Of a stretch of 64,000 bases of DNA, positions 33,978 to 46,245 are shown piece after piece. The first letter of the stretch is position 1. The number at the start of each line of letters is the position of its first letter. The notes below the pieces were generated by a model. That model saw only the letters and a program-made list of their open reading frames with translations. It was not told the origin of the DNA and ran no database searches. The position numbers were made by a program, and so were the translations under genes. Origin of the DNA: Rebecca billardiae RCC1528 (taxonomy: Eukaryota; Protista; Haptophyta); assembly GCA_965240325.2 (NCBI GenBank), contig OZ251226.1, positions 1,798,001-1,862,000 on the forward strand, in the 5' to 3' direction.

Positions 33978-36056
33978 ATGGGTGGCGCGCCGCGCGTGAG
34001 CGTGGAGCCGGGACGAGCGGCGCATGACGTGCTCAGGCTCAGCTGCGATGCTCTGGGCTGGACCCTCGTGCCGGCCGCGGCGGCTGACGCCGATGTGCTG
34101 TGGGTGGCGGGCCACTCGGAGCTGCTGCGCGTCAAGCACTTGCTGCGCCGCGCGTCGCAGCGCGTGTCGCTGCTGCCAGGCGCCGCGGAGGTGTGCGCCA
34201 AGGTGGAATTCGCCACGCTGATGAACCGCGCCGCGCTCCTCTTCCCGGAGCGCTACGCGCCGTTCTGGCCCGAGACGTTTGCGCTGCCGGACGACCGCGC
34301 CGCGCTCGAGCGCTACCTGCACGGCTCGCGCGGCACGCGCTGGGTGATCGTCAAGCCCGACGGCGGCTCGCAGGGCGACGGCATCTTCCTCTCGAGCTCG
34401 ATGGCGGACATCGACACGCGCCTCTCGCGCCGACCCTCGCAGCGCGTGGTCGTGCAGCGGTACATTGCGCCGCACACGCTCGGCGCGAGCCTCGGCCGCG
34501 GCGGGAGCAAGTGGGACTCGAGAGTGTTCGTGCTGGTGACGAGCGTCGAGCCGCTCGAGGTGCACGTGGCGCACGAGGGCCTCGCGCGCGTGTGCGTCGA
34601 GCGGTACATGCCCCCGACCAAGGACAACGCGCGCGCCGTCTGCGCGCACTTAACTAACTACTCGCTCAACAAGCTACATGAAGGGTTTGAGCCGAGCGCG
34701 GGCGCAGAGGATGGCGCGAGTGGGCACAAGCGCGCGCTGTCGGCCGTGCTGCGCGAGCTGGCGGCGGGGGGCGGCGGCGGCGGCGCGCGCGGCGCGGAGC
34801 ACGGCTTCTCGGAGGCGGGCTTTTGGCGCGGCGTCCACCGCCTCGTCGGCGCCACCCTCGCCGCGCTGCTGCCCAGCCTGCGCGACGCGCACGCCGTCGC
34901 CGCTCGCGAGATGCAGCTGGGCACGGGCGCGAGCGGAGGTGGCACGGCGGCGAGCGCGCGCCGCCTCGGCCCTCGCACGTGCTTCCACGTGCTCGGCTTC
35001 GACGTGATGCTCGACCGGCACATGCAGCCGCACCTGCTCGAGGTGAACGCCAGCCCTTCGCTCGCGATCGACTCGATCGAGCCTCTGAGCGCGGACGAGC
35101 TGCTCGACGGTGGCGGCATCGCCGCCTACCTCGGCGCCGCCGCCGCAGCGGGCGCTGCACCTGCCAAGGGCCCCAGCGCCGCCGCCTCCGCAGCGGGCGC
35201 TGCTGCCGAGCGCGGCAAGGGCGGCGGCGGCACGGGCGGCGGCACGGGCGGCGGCAAGGGCGGCAGCAGGGGCAGCAGCGAGCACTCGCTCTCCAGGCCC
35301 GGCGCCGAGCGGCGCGAGCAGGCGCGGCTCGCTGAGGGCGTGTGCGTGTGCATGGCGGGCGCGGGCCGGCCGCACAGGCACGCGCAGTCGGCGGTGGACG
35401 CGCACGTGAAGCGGGGCGTGACGAGCGGCGCGCTGCGGCTCGCGCTTGCGAGGCGGCGGCGCGGCCGCGCCGCCGAGCCGCCACGGGACGGCGAGGAGGC
35501 GAGCGGTGAGAACGAAGCGCCGCCCGCTCGCGCGCGAGCCGCCGCGCCCGCGCCGTACGTGCCCCTTGACACGGATGCGGCGGCGCTGGGCGACTTTGCT
35601 CTCCTCACGGACACGGCGCGCGCCGAGTTCGACGCGGCCGCCGCGCACCGCGACGTGCTCAGCTCGTCCGCGTTCAGCCGTTGGGCGCGCGCGGCGCAGC
35701 TCGACGCCGACGGGCTCACGACCGCAGACGCCGACATCATCTTCACGCGCGTCCGCGCCCAGAGCCGCGGCGGCGAGGTGCGCTTCGGCGAGTTCATCAG
35801 CCTGATCCTCGCCGTCTCCGAGCGCTGCTACGGCACGCGCGCGAGTGCGCGCGAGCGCGCGCAGCTCGTGCTCGAGCGCGCGGCCAAGTGCCGTGCGCGA
35901 CGCCAGCGGCAATGCGAGGCGCGGCCGCTCAGCGAGCGCGTGGACGCGCTCATCGGCGCGCTCGCACAGGAGGCGGCCGTGGAGGCCGCCGCCGAGCAGG
36001 CACCGCCGCCGCAAGCCATCGGCCCTTCTCACTCTCAGGCGCTGGGTCGCTGCTGA
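33978..36056 (+). CDS. Tubulin-tyrosine ligase-like protein (polyglutamylase type, TTLL6/7/11-like)
   Basis: [61 protein letters not shown]...[12 protein letters not shown]. Confidence 0.9.
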   Translation: MGGAPRVSVEPGRAAHDVLRLSCDALGWTLVPAAAADADVLWVAGHSELLRVKHLLRRASQRVSLLPGAAEVCAKVEFATLMNRAALLFPERYAPFWPETFALPDDRAALERYLHGSRGTRWVIVKPDGGSQGDGIFLSSSMADIDTRLSRRPSQRVVVQRYIAPHTLGASLGRGGSKWDSRVFVLVTSVEPLEVHVAHEGLARVCVERYMPPTKDNARAVCAHLTNYSLNKLHEGFEPSAGAEDGASGHKRALSAVLRELAAGGGGGGARGAEHGFSEAGFWRGVHRLVGATLAALLPSLRDAHAVAAREMQLGTGASGGGTAASARRLGPRTCFHVLGFDVMLDRHMQPHLLEVNASPSLAIDSIEPLSADELLDGGGIAAYLGAAAAAGAAPAKGPSAAASAAGAAAERGKGGGGTGGGTGGGKGGSRGSSEHSLSRPGAERREQARLAEGVCVCMAGAGRPHRHAQSAVDAHVKRGVTSGALRLALARRRRGRAAEPPRDGEEASGENEAPPARARAAAPAPYVPLDTDAAALGDFALLTDTARAEFDAAAAHRDVLSSSAFSRWARAAQLDADGLTTADADIIFTRVRAQSRGGEVRFGEFISLILAVSERCYGTRASARERAQLVLERAAKCRARRQRQCEARPLSERVDALIGALAQEAAVEAAAEQAPPPQAIGPSHSQALGRC

Positions 36057-36106
36057 CAGCGACGAGTAGTACTCTAAGCTAGTAGTCAGTTAGTAGTACT
36101 GTTAGT

Positions 36107-36166
36107 AGTATATATATATATATATATATATATATGACCGCGTTCCGCGGTCCTTTCGTAGAACCA
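36107..36166. repeat. (TA)n plus hairpin motif, copy 2
   Basis: TA run followed by GACCGCGTTCCGCGGTCCTTTCGTAGAACCA, matching 6006-6041. Confidence 0.7.
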
Positions 36167-37251
36167 TTATTGAACCAACTACGTAGTTTACTCACTAGTT
36201 TAGTGAGTACGGCTCGGTGCCGACTCTACAGCTTAGACGAGTCGGTACTGTCCGAGTATACGTGAAGTCATCGCGTCAATCAGCTGCGCTGCCTCCTTCC
36301 TAATCCTATCCCTATCTAGATCGGCGTGCGCTGATCATCGCTGACGGACCACTGACGGCTGAGGCGCACGGTCACCGTTGGCCCGGGGCCGGAGGTGATC
36401 TGCGAGTGATCCACGCACTCACCAGTCACGGGTGCACAGGTCTTGTGGCTCGTCGTCCGTCGTCGTTGTCGTCGTTGGAGCCCGATGACGTCGTCAAGCG
36501 CATACCTTTTCTCAGCGCGGCCGCGTGCAGCACGCATCTCGCAGACTCTGATTCTGCGAGTGGCAGCCGCCATCCCCTGATCCGCCGCCAAGCGCCTGGC
36601 GGCAAGCTTCACAACATGCAGTCGCCGCTGCCAGCAGCTCATCGATCGCGGGCGATCCCCGCATGTGGTGGGTGCGCGAGGCCCATGCCGCACGCACCGC
36701 TGCCGCGCGCTCACTGCTGCGCGCAGCCGCGGCCGTCCGCCTTGCGTCCCTCCTCCTGCGTCGCGTCGCCCTGCACCGGGTCGATGGGCTCGCGCGTGGG
36801 AACGTTGTCCTCGGCGTTGTCGTCCTTGACGGAGATCTGCAACACTGGCGGCGGCAGCGCGGTCGTGAGGATGGCGGCCGCCTTCTCGTCGATCGTGCCG
36901 GGGAGGAACTCCATGTCGAGCCTCACAAAGAGGTTCGTTCCCCCCCCCACGGACGGGGACGGTGATCGTGAGGATGGCGGCCGCCTCGGCGAGCGGCGGT
37001 AATGTAATACTCAAGAGTACTTGTACACCGTAGTCATAGACTCATAGGCTTGCCGTGAGTGGCAAATCATTACGAACGAAGTACCCAGCCGTCCACCCTC
37101 GGCCAATCAGAGTGTCTTCGCTGGCAACTTTCTGCTCGCGGCGACGAAATGTCGAGCCTGGCCGGGGCGTGCAAACGGCCCCCTCCCCCGCTTTGAGCTG
37201 TGCCGAGGAAGCCTTCCCGCCGCTCCCGAACGCGTGAAGGACCCCAACGTC

Positions 37252-37672
37252 ATGTCGCACGTAATGTCGCAGAACATCATCCCGCTCGTCTTGGGCGGCG
37301 CCACGGCGGTCTCCATAGGCCTGTATTTCGGTGGGAGCGGCTCCACTGCCTCGTCGGCCCCGAAGCACAACCAGCTCAACCGCCGCAACTCGGACCTCGC
37401 GATGTCAGCCGAAGGTGCCGCAATGCGCAGGGCCGCCAAGGCCGAGGGCCACGGCGGCAAGGCGATCCTCCACAACCGAACGTTGTCGGGTGGCATTCCT
37501 GACATCGGCTCAGCCCACCCATCGAGTCTCGACGAGGCGACGCGCGAGGTGACGTACTGGTGTGTGCTCACCTCCGCGCGCTCGTCCCCCGCCCCATCCC
37601 CCCTTTTATGTCCGAATCATCTGCGCGCTCACGTGCACACCGCCGCGACCCTGCACCCGCAGGTTTGCTTAG
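37252..37672 (+). CDS. Small hypothetical protein with N-terminal TM; intron ~37560-37662
   Basis: MSQNIIPLVLGGATAVSIGLYFGG... A GT..CGCAG intron gives the ending VTYWFA*. Confidence 0.5.
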
Positions 37673-38198
37673 CTGCATGGCAGCGGCTTGCACAGCCATA
37701 TGATGCACCGCGTGTTCTGCTCGTCACGTCTCCTTTGGGCCTGCTCCGCCAAGTCCGCCCGCCACTCCGGGGCAGACGACGCGGCGTCCGTCGCCGCGCC
37801 GGCGGCCGAGGACCTGATGCGAGGCTGCTTCCCTCCGACTTTTGCTCTCTGTGTGTCCACCTCGCACACGTGCAGCACGCTGCGATGTGGAATGACTTAC
37901 AGTGTGATTGTTCTGTGTTGTCGTGACGTATTAAGCTTTGTCACTCCCGGTCACGGCACACGGGCAATCCAGCCGGTCCATATTCCGCCGCTCGGAGAGT
38001 CGGAGACGGCAATTAGATGACCCCGCCGGTCATTTTCTCCGGTTTCGCCGTTTCGGCGGTTTGCGCACCCGGCCGGCCGGGGACGTCCGGGCGCTCGGGC
38101 GATGAGAATCTCCGGGCTTCGTTCGGCCTGGACGGACATGTGATTGTCAAGCACGGGCGCGCGGCGTCCACGACTCAGACCGCGTCGGGGAGGCAGCC

Positions 38199-40202
38199 AT
38201 GCTCGTCAAGGCGGTGGAGCCCGGCAGCACGACCTTCCTGCAGTCGATCGGCTGCCTGTGGGTGGCCGTCGGGCTGACGATCTCGCTGCAGGCCGTCGGC
38301 GTGCCGCCCTTCATCGCGCTCCTCGCCTCGCTCCCGCTCTGGGCCACATGGGTGTACATCTCCATCCCGCTGAGCGTGATGGTGACCAACCTGATGTACC
38401 TGTGCGTCGACCTCTTCTTCCGCGACATCACGAGCCGGAACACGTTCAAGGTGCCGACCAAGGCCCCCGTCCTCTTCGTCTGCGCGCCGCACTCCAACCA
38501 GCTGCTCGACCCCATCGTCGTGATGCGCACGTGCCCGCGGCGCGCGGGCTTCCTCTGCGCGTCCAAGACGATGCGCATGCGCGTCGCGGGCGCGATCGCG
38601 AAGGCGCTCGACTCGATCCCGGTCGAGCGCGCGCAGGACCTGAAGCGCACGGGCCCGGGCTCGCTCGAGCTGCGCGACGGCCTCGCGCTGGGCACGGGCA
38701 CGCGCTTCCGCGCGGACGTGCAGCCGCGCGATCGGCTCGAGGTGGGCGGCCACGAGTACGTGGTCGTGGAGGTGGTGTCGGACACGGAGGCGCGCGTGCG
38801 CCCGGCGAGCGCGAGGCCGGGCGACGCCGTCGCCGAGCCGCCCCCGCCCGCGTGCCCGCCCTCCCCGTACGTCCTCGTGCCGCACGTCGACTCCACGTCG
38901 CTGTATGAGAACGTGTTCGAGCGGCTCGGCGCGTCCGAGTGCGTCGGCATCTTCCCGGAGGGCGGCTCGCACGACCGGACGGAGCTGCTGCCGCTCAAGA
39001 TGGGCGTGTCGATCATGGCGCTCGGCGCCGCGTCGCGCTTCCCCGGCGTCCCGCTGCGCATCGTCCCCGTCGGCCTGCACTACTTCAAGGGCCACCGCTT
39101 CCGAGGCTCAGTACTGGTCGACTATGGCGAGCCGTTTGCCGTGCCGCCCGAGCTGATCGTGCAGTACGAGGCGGGCGGCGTGGAGATGCAGGCGGCGTGC
39201 CAGCGGCTGCTCGAGGTGGTGCACCAGGCCATGTCGTCCGTCACCATCTCCGCCCCCGACTACGGCACCCTCGAGCTCTTCTGGATGATGCGCCGGCTGC
39301 ACCAGCAGAAGACCGTCGAGGAGACCGGCCAGCGGCCGACGCTCGAGCAGCAGGTCGCGCTCACCAAGGCGTTCTCCGAGGGGTACGACCGGCTGCGCGA
39401 CCGGCCGGGGACGGTGCGGCTGCAGGAGCTCGTCGCGACGTACAACACGCAGCTCCGCCTCTTCGGCCTCAAGGACTACCACGTCGAGGCCGGCACGCAC
39501 CTCCGGCGGCGCACGCTCGCGCGCGCCGCGCTGCTCTCGATCCGGATGCTCTTCAACGGCCTCGTCGCGTTCCCCGGACTGTGCCTCGGGCTGCCGCTGC
39601 TCGTCGCGACGCGCGTGGTCTCGTCGCGCGAGCGGCGCAAGGCGCTCAAGTCGTCCACCGTCAAGATCCACGCGCGCGACGTCATCGCCACGTACAAAAT
39701 ACTCATCTCGCTCGTGATGACGCCGCTGCTGCACGTGATCTACACGTCTCTCGCGTGGTACCTGCACTCGCAGGCGGCGGCGGTGTGCTACTTCTTCTTC
39801 TCGCCGTTCGTGTGCTGGGGCGCGGTGCGCTGCGCCGAGTCGTCGCGGCTGGCGTACCGCGAGGCGTGGGCCACGCTCTCCGCCGTCGTGCTCCCGAGCG
39901 GCCGCGTCAAGCTGCGCGAGCTCAGGCAGGAGGTGAAGGCGGGAGTGCTCTCGCTCGTCGACGACATGGGCGGCCCGCGCGCGGGCGCGGCCGCGGCCGC
40001 GGCGGAGGCGAGCGTCGCCGCGAGCCACTCCGAGCCGCCCGAGCAGTGGGCGGAGCTGTGCGAGACGCTGCGGGCCGAGTCGCTGCGCCAGCGCCGCTCG
40101 GCCGTCTCCGAGCGCGAGGCCAGGGCCGCTGTGGCCAAGCAGGCCTCGGGCGGCAGCGACCTGAGCGAGCTGCGCGAGATCACCGCGCAGCACCAGTTTT
40201 GA
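38199..40202 (+). CDS. Glycerol-3-phosphate/DHAP acyltransferase (Sct1/Gpt2 type)
   Basis: APHSNQLLDP (HX4D), IPVERAQD, IFPEGGSHDRTELLPLK, IVPVGLHYF..HRFR, C-terminal TMs. Confidence 0.9.
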   Translation: MLVKAVEPGSTTFLQSIGCLWVAVGLTISLQAVGVPPFIALLASLPLWATWVYISIPLSVMVTNLMYLCVDLFFRDITSRNTFKVPTKAPVLFVCAPHSNQLLDPIVVMRTCPRRAGFLCASKTMRMRVAGAIAKALDSIPVERAQDLKRTGPGSLELRDGLALGTGTRFRADVQPRDRLEVGGHEYVVVEVVSDTEARVRPASARPGDAVAEPPPPACPPSPYVLVPHVDSTSLYENVFERLGASECVGIFPEGGSHDRTELLPLKMGVSIMALGAASRFPGVPLRIVPVGLHYFKGHRFRGSVLVDYGEPFAVPPELIVQYEAGGVEMQAACQRLLEVVHQAMSSVTISAPDYGTLELFWMMRRLHQQKTVEETGQRPTLEQQVALTKAFSEGYDRLRDRPGTVRLQELVATYNTQLRLFGLKDYHVEAGTHLRRRTLARAALLSIRMLFNGLVAFPGLCLGLPLLVATRVVSSRERRKALKSSTVKIHARDVIATYKILISLVMTPLLHVIYTSLAWYLHSQAAAVCYFFFSPFVCWGAVRCAESSRLAYREAWATLSAVVLPSGRVKLRELRQEVKAGVLSLVDDMGGPRAGAAAAAAEASVAASHSEPPEQWAELCETLRAESLRQRRSAVSEREARAAVAKQASGGSDLSELREITAQHQF

Positions 40203-40520
40203 TACGACGAATGATCACGTCTGATAATGTGGACGTTCTGCGCGGTCGGCACTGGTAGAATGATGATGCTCGACCGTCGGTCGAGGTGATCACGAATGTC
40301 AGGCGACGATACTGGCGGGAGATGCCAGGCGGATGCGCGTCACGCATCCCTCCCCCGCCAGGCTAAAAGTGCGGCCGGTTCCGGACCGGAATGACCATCC
40401 CGGACGGGATAGATCATAGATGACGAAATCTGAACCAGGAGGAGTGGGCGGACGGTCGGAAGCCCCGCGGACGCGACCGCCGATCGTCGCCTCCTCGCCG
40501 ATCGGCGCCCAGACCGCCCG

Positions 40521-42719
40521 ATGAGCATACAATTGGCGAGGCGCAGCGCGCGCGTCGAGAGCGACGTCGCTCGCTTCCCGCCCTTTGCAAAGCTCGATCT
40601 CGCGCACGCGCCACCGACGAAGGTCGAGGGCAAGCCGCGAGAGAACGTGGCCGAGCGCGACGCGCGTATGTGCTGCTTTGCGGCTCGTGACGTTGACGCT
40701 GGCCGACTCCGGCACCTGTACGACAGCCTGCTGCAGCCCGCGGTGCCAACGCTGATCTCGCATCCGGAGCCGACTCGCGCGCCCCTTCTTGTGTCTCTCG
40801 ACCCGCAAGGCACCCTGCGCGCCGCGCTCGATGCGGCACTCGCAGCGCGCGATGCTCGCGAGCTGTGGACGCTGTGCGAGCACGCGCAGCTCGCGTACGA
40901 CAGGCGCATCGTGCACGTGGATACCGAGTACACGAGCTGGTGGCTCTCGAGCTCGCCCATGCGCGAGGGCGGCGTGGCGGAGGTGCTCGACCGGTCTCGC
41001 GCAGACGCGGCGCCGCTCGACCTCGACGGCGCGAGTGGCGCCGCGCGGAAGAAGCGACGCAGCGCCGCGGCGGCTGTGGCGACGGTCAAGGAGGAGGAGG
41101 AGGAGCCGTCCGCCATGGCCAAGCGCAAGCGACGCGCCTCGGCCGCCGCGCGACTCGACGTCGACACGCCGCCTGCGGTCGAGGCACCGCCCGCAGCTGC
41201 CGTCCCGCCCAGATCAGGCGGGAAGCAGGCGGAGGCGGCACAGCAGCCCGCCCGGGCGCGCGCGGCAACGCCGACCGAGACGGCGGCTGCGCCACAGCGC
41301 GACGCGGCGAGGGTGGCCGAGCCGACGGTCGCGGTCAGCTCGAAGGCTGAGCGGAAACGCGAGGAGGAGATGGCGGCAAAGGCACTCGCTCTGGCGGAGG
41401 CGCACACTGCGCGCTTGCGGGAGGAGTTCTCTCAGGCGGCGGACGCAGAGATCTCGCTCAAGCGAGGGACTAGCAGACACGAAAGGGCGGACGCAAAGTT
41501 GACACGCAAGCTCAAGGAATCGGAACAGGCGAGAGATCCCGAGGCAGAAGCAGCCGCGCACCACCATGCACCTCTGCTCAGGCACCTGTCCCACGCCGCG
41601 TGGCGCCGCGCGCGGGAGCTTGGCGCTGAGCTGCCCGCGTGGGCGTCATTTCTGCGAGCCGACGTGCCAGCGGTGGAGGAGCAGGGCGCAGCCACGTCGC
41701 TCGCGCGCGGGCCGTCCCTCATGGCGGAGCTCGAGGCGGAGATCGAGCACTTCGCCGACAAGTTCCGCACTCCTCGGCTCAGCCTGCGTGCGTTGGAGAC
41801 TGGCGGGATGGGGTCTGCGCTGTGTGAGGCGGCTGCTGCACTCTGCGCGCTGCTTGCCGCCGAGCAGCTGCCCGCTGACGAGCGCCGCGAGCTCATAGCC
41901 GTCGTCGTGAAGCTCGCCGTACCTCTGAAATATGAGATGTCAGTCTTGCACGACATCGATTTCCCCGGCAGCATCGACTCGAGAAATAGGAGCCGAGATC
42001 GCGGTACCGACGTCGGTGCAGCACAGCTCGTGCGAGCGATGCGCGGCTGCTGCCTGGCGCTCAAGTGCTGTGTGTTCTGCGGCGAGATGAAGTGGCTCGG
42101 CAAGGCGCACGCAGGTGCTGCTGCCTCGCTCACACGCATCGCACGCAACGCAGGCGCTGCGCGCTGGGCGATGGGATCGGCTGCGTACGCCCTCGAAGAA
42201 ATCTCGTGCGTTTTCACCAGCTACTGGAGGTGTATGGACTTGATGGACCAATACTACGAGCCCACGTCCAAGCGCGGCGATCAATCGTCATGGAGCTTTG
42301 ATGACCATCCAGAGAGCGTCGTGGGGCATGCGCTTGCGGCGCTATGCGTCCTGTTCACGGATGAGGACGCGCCACTGGTGGAACGCGTCGCGGCTGCGGA
42401 GGCTGCCGGCATGCACTTGCCAAGACACTTGCTCAGCGACGACATTCGTGAGCGTGTCCTCGACGGTGGAGACCTGATTGAGGAAAGCGAACTCGACGAT
42501 CTTGACTTTGTGCTGACGAGGTGGGAGCACGCACGGGGTGACGCTGAGGAGCTTGCTCGCGAACTCGATCTCGCTCGCAAAGCCTTCAGGGCCAGAGGCA
42601 CGAGCGCCGCCAAGAGCGCGGCTCTACCGCCAATTGAATTGTGCAAAGCTGCGTCAAGCCTTCTCTTCCGTCTTGACACGGCAAGGCGCGTTCTCTCGCG
42701 GGAACATGATGATGAATAA
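40521..42719 (+). CDS. Hypothetical protein, paralog A (helical C-terminal domain)
   Basis: Intact 732-aa ORF; duplicate at 46246-48531. Confidence 0.7.
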   Translation: MSIQLARRSARVESDVARFPPFAKLDLAHAPPTKVEGKPRENVAERDARMCCFAARDVDAGRLRHLYDSLLQPAVPTLISHPEPTRAPLLVSLDPQGTLRAALDAALAARDARELWTLCEHAQLAYDRRIVHVDTEYTSWWLSSSPMREGGVAEVLDRSRADAAPLDLDGASGAARKKRRSAAAAVATVKEEEEEPSAMAKRKRRASAAARLDVDTPPAVEAPPAAAVPPRSGGKQAEAAQQPARARAATPTETAAAPQRDAARVAEPTVAVSSKAERKREEEMAAKALALAEAHTARLREEFSQAADAEISLKRGTSRHERADAKLTRKLKESEQARDPEAEAAAHHHAPLLRHLSHAAWRRARELGAELPAWASFLRADVPAVEEQGAATSLARGPSLMAELEAEIEHFADKFRTPRLSLRALETGGMGSALCEAAAALCALLAAEQLPADERRELIAVVVKLAVPLKYEMSVLHDIDFPGSIDSRNRSRDRGTDVGAAQLVRAMRGCCLALKCCVFCGEMKWLGKAHAGAAASLTRIARNAGAARWAMGSAAYALEEISCVFTSYWRCMDLMDQYYEPTSKRGDQSSWSFDDHPESVVGHALAALCVLFTDEDAPLVERVAAAEAAGMHLPRHLLSDDIRERVLDGGDLIEESELDDLDFVLTRWEHARGDAEELARELDLARKAFRARGTSAAKSAALPPIELCKAASSLLFRLDTARRVLSREHDDE

Positions 42720-42798
42720 TCGTCGTCGGACGACGACGCGCGCGCGCGATATGACGACGATGATCGCGATATCGCGATTAAATAATGCTGTAGCTTAA

Positions 42799-42960
42799 TT
42801 ATGGCCCGCAGTGCAGGGCGGTCAGAGCGCGCCGCAGCGAGTTAGGTGGAGCCCGCTCCGCGGGCACTAACCACGTTTAAAAAAGATCTTTGCAGACGAC
42901 TTTGATCAAAGAAAAAAGGGACGGGGGACGATTTTCAGGGTTGGAGGAGACCGAGTTTTG
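42799..42960 (+). repeat. Transposon-terminus-like repeat, inverted homolog of 8290-8420
   Basis: Shares TTATGGCCCGCRGTGYAGGGCGG and TTTGATCAAAGAAAAARGGGACGGGGGACGATTTT with the reverse complement of 8290-8420. Confidence 0.75.
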
Positions 42961-43125
42961 AATTTTGAGACCCCCGCCTTTATAGCGCATGCGTTAGGCA
43001 CGAAATCGGATCCTAGTCATAGTGGCCGCCTAGTGAGTTAATTGACGCGGCGGCACGTCCAGGCGGCCAAACTTCATACTAGTCGTAAAGGCGCCGCCCG
43101 GTCCGGGGTCGGGGGTACCATATGA

Positions 43126-45026
43126 CAGGTGGGCCCACAGCCATTAAAAAATGAAAACACGCAATCTCTCTGGCTTTTTCGGACCGCAGCCGTGCTCTTT
43201 TCCTCGCGCTGAAGTCCCTTTTTCCAGGCCGCCGACTCCCGGTCCGGGAAGCCGATCGATCGCGAAAACGATGACCGGGATGGACCTGTGCGCGTCGTCA
43301 GCGCGTTGTCCGCCGCGCTTGCCCGCCTGCCATGCGAGGCACGCTGCGCCGCACGCCCGTGGCATGCTGCGTAGCCTTCTGGAACGAGCCATGCGAACGG
43401 TTCATGCCTGGGTCATCTTCCCGGTCTGCCATCTCTCGCCGACAGTCGCGCGTTCAAACACGGGAACAGCTTTGGGGATTGTAATGCGTGCACAACGCGA
43501 GCTTGGGACACCCGTGAACGAACTGGGACACTCCGGGACGTTACTGGGACAGCATCTGCATGGTGTCCTGGCAATGCCCAGCTACTTCTGCGGCCCTGCG
43601 GAGGCCCGCCTCGTCGGTCAGGTCCCCGGAAGTCTGTGCGGTGTGACCGAACGCTGTGGCTGTTCACACGATCGTGGGCACTTGGGGAAGGATCTGATGG
43701 TCAAACAGCGGTCAAAGCGGATGCGTGTGCCGTCTGTCACCTCCCCGGCCTCGACTCAACTCTCAGTGCCGACGCTCCTCAGGTGTTTGGAAGCTACGAG
43801 CCACTTGGAGGGCCTCGAGCCACACGATTGCACGAGGTCGGGCTGCGCGTCGAGCCGGGTAGATTGCAGCTGATGCGCTTGTTGAGCCCTGTCATGGCTC
43901 TACGCGTACCTCAAGAGCCTAGCTACTCCCCCGCGCGGCCGCACAGCAGTCGCCCCGCCTCTGCTTGGTCATCCGCTGTGCGCCGTGCTCGCTGCGGACA
44001 GTACAGTTGATCCGTTCAACAGTGATTTAAGCCCTTCGTGAGCCTGCCCGAGCACGTTGGCGGCGCCACCGACGCCGGTGCACGGTCAGCAGGCGTACCA
44101 GCTTACCAGTGAGCCATATCTTGCCCTGCTGCCACGCAGGAAGCGGTGATGAGTGCACATCGCTACGCGCGCGCACACCACGGCGAGCCAGCTCGGCGCT
44201 GCGACGAAGCGGCCGTTGCGCACAGTTAGGCAGAGGACGGTCCAGCTGAGGACAGCTCGGACACAGCTTGGTCGCAGTGTAGAGCAACGGTTAGGTCGGG
44301 GCACGAGAAAAGGCGTTCGATGCATAGCAGTGCCTGCCTTGAACGCCACAGATGAGCTCTCGACGAACCTTGTCGGCCGTGTTTACGCTGCGGGCTGCTG
44401 GATGGGCCGGTGGGCCCGGCGCCGCGTGCACCACTCCTGCTTGCCTTGACCACGGCGGGCGGGCTGGCGCCGCGACTCGGTGCGGCTCAATCTTTGCCCA
44501 CGGCTCCTTAAGACTCATCCTTCGAGGGTAGAAGGGTTGGAAAAATTCTTAGGTGTCACATGCACGCCGTACGGCTGCTACGAGAGCAGTCTGAAACAGT
44601 CTGAAATACTATGGCAGCCATGCTGATCAGCATGGCGGTGTATATGTAACGCACGGGTATAACGGTCGTTATCCCGTATTCTCAGAGTGCCCATATACGC
44701 CGTATATGTGACAATGAGTGTGCATGCTGCTGAAGACCTATGATCAGCTCATCAAAGTGCTATATCAAAGTGACGTCTGTCGACCCTATATATCACGTTT
44801 AAGACGCCCGTTACATGGTCGTTACATTGGTCACAGGCCATTTCCAATAAGTAAATAGGGTCACCGTTACGCCCTATATTTACAGCATGTACCACTGGTT
44901 TTTTTACCAGGCAGGCCAGGGGCCATCTCATGGGGCTGGAATCCAGCTCGAGACGAAAGTAAACACCGCGCTATGAGCTCGCGCTCTGCGCCACTATAAT
45001 CCCACAGTAGCCAGTGGGCCCACCTA
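43126..45026. mobile_element. Putative hAT-like non-autonomous element
   Basis: IR CAGGTGGGCCCAC / GTGGGCCCACCTA. CATATG lies on both flanks (imperfect 8-bp TSD). CGTTAC/GTAACG motifs repeat at 44640-44870. No convincing ORF. Confidence 0.45.
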
Positions 45027-45240
45027 CATATGTGGCATGTGCACCGCCAATCCCAGTGGGCTGCACTGGGCCGCCACTGTTATTGCTAGCTGTCTCAATA
45101 AAGTGCCCTTCGCATCATTCTGCCGGCCCCCACCGCCAGGCCCCACGTCGGACCTGTAAGTTACTAACTTGTTACTTGGAGCTGAACAACTGAATAACAA
45201 GTACAGTCCTTGGGCGGATCAGGATGCCACCAGCAGCACC

Positions 45241-46137
45241 TCATGCAGCCACGAACGGGTTGGTGGCGAGCCACGCGTCCAGGTCCTTGAGACCCGGAGC
45301 CAGGCGCACACCAAGCTCGCGCTTGCCGCCCGGCCCGTAGTAGGTATGCTTCATGAAGAAGTCGTACATCTCCCCGATCTCCTCAGCGCCGGGGAAGCCC
45401 TGCGCCTTGACCTGCTCGATGGTGAGCTCGTGGAAGGCGGCCTTCTTACCCGCAGCTACCATCTTGTCGACAAGCTCCTGCGGGTAGAAGTGGTCGGCCG
45501 CGCACGGCACGAGCAGACCGTCGTACTTGTGCGGGTTGGCAAAGAGTGCAGCGACGACGAGCCCCGTGTCGCTTACATCGTACGCTGTGATGGGCATGTT
45601 GGGGAACGCAAACATGGTGACTCCGTCGACCTCCCGGGAGAACATGAGCAGGTTCTGATAATAGAAGGCCGGCGATGGGAACGTGAGCGTCTCGAACTTG
45701 CTCTTGATGGACATGGCGTACTCCTGCACCTTCGCCTTGTCCGTGAAGTGAGCGACTTTGAGCGTGCCGCCACTGATCTTCTCGCAGTTCGCGAGCGAGG
45801 AGAACTGCACGTGCTTCACCCCGGCTGCGGCGGCTGCGTCGATCAGCGCCGTGCCCTGTGCGAGCTCCTTGCCCATGGACGCCGGGTCCCAGAAGTTTGT
45901 CACGATGTACGCGCCCCACGCGCCGTCAAAGACGCCGGTGCCCTTGGCAAACGTCGACGCGTCGTTCGAGTCAGCCGCGACGACTGTGACGCCGGTCTTT
46001 GCAGCTAGCTTCCGCGCCTTCTCAGTCTGGGTGTCACGCGTGACCGCGCGCACCTCGAATCCCGCGTCGACCAGCGCAGTGAGCACTGAGCCGCCCTGCG
46101 CGCCGGTCGCCCCGAAGACCGTGACCAGGTTCGGCAT
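45241..46137 (-). CDS. NmrA-family atypical SDR (NMRAL1-like)
   Basis: MPNLVTVFGATGAQGGSV, VRAVTRD, VTNFWD, QGTALIDAAAAAGVKH, HFTDKAKV, FYYQN. Confidence 0.92.
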   Translation of the reverse strand: MPNLVTVFGATGAQGGSVLTALVDAGFEVRAVTRDTQTEKARKLAAKTGVTVVAADSNDASTFAKGTGVFDGAWGAYIVTNFWDPASMGKELAQGTALIDAAAAAGVKHVQFSSLANCEKISGGTLKVAHFTDKAKVQEYAMSIKSKFETLTFPSPAFYYQNLLMFSREVDGVTMFAFPNMPITAYDVSDTGLVVAALFANPHKYDGLLVPCAADHFYPQELVDKMVAAGKKAAFHELTIEQVKAQGFPGAEEIGEMYDFFMKHTYYGPGGKRELGVRLAPGLKDLDAWLATNPFVAA

Positions 46138-46245
46138 GGTTCGGCTGTCTTGACAGTCGGCGTTCAGAATCGGGCGCAAATTTCGCTGTGATGGACGGAC
46201 GCAAGCGATCGTCGCCTCCTCGCCGATCGGCGCCCAGACCGCCCG

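Noticed and set aside
41880-42530. DGR-style mutagenesis as the cause of the paralog hypervariability
   Set aside because: Differences involve all four bases and indels rather than being adenine-specific. No reverse transcriptase was seen.
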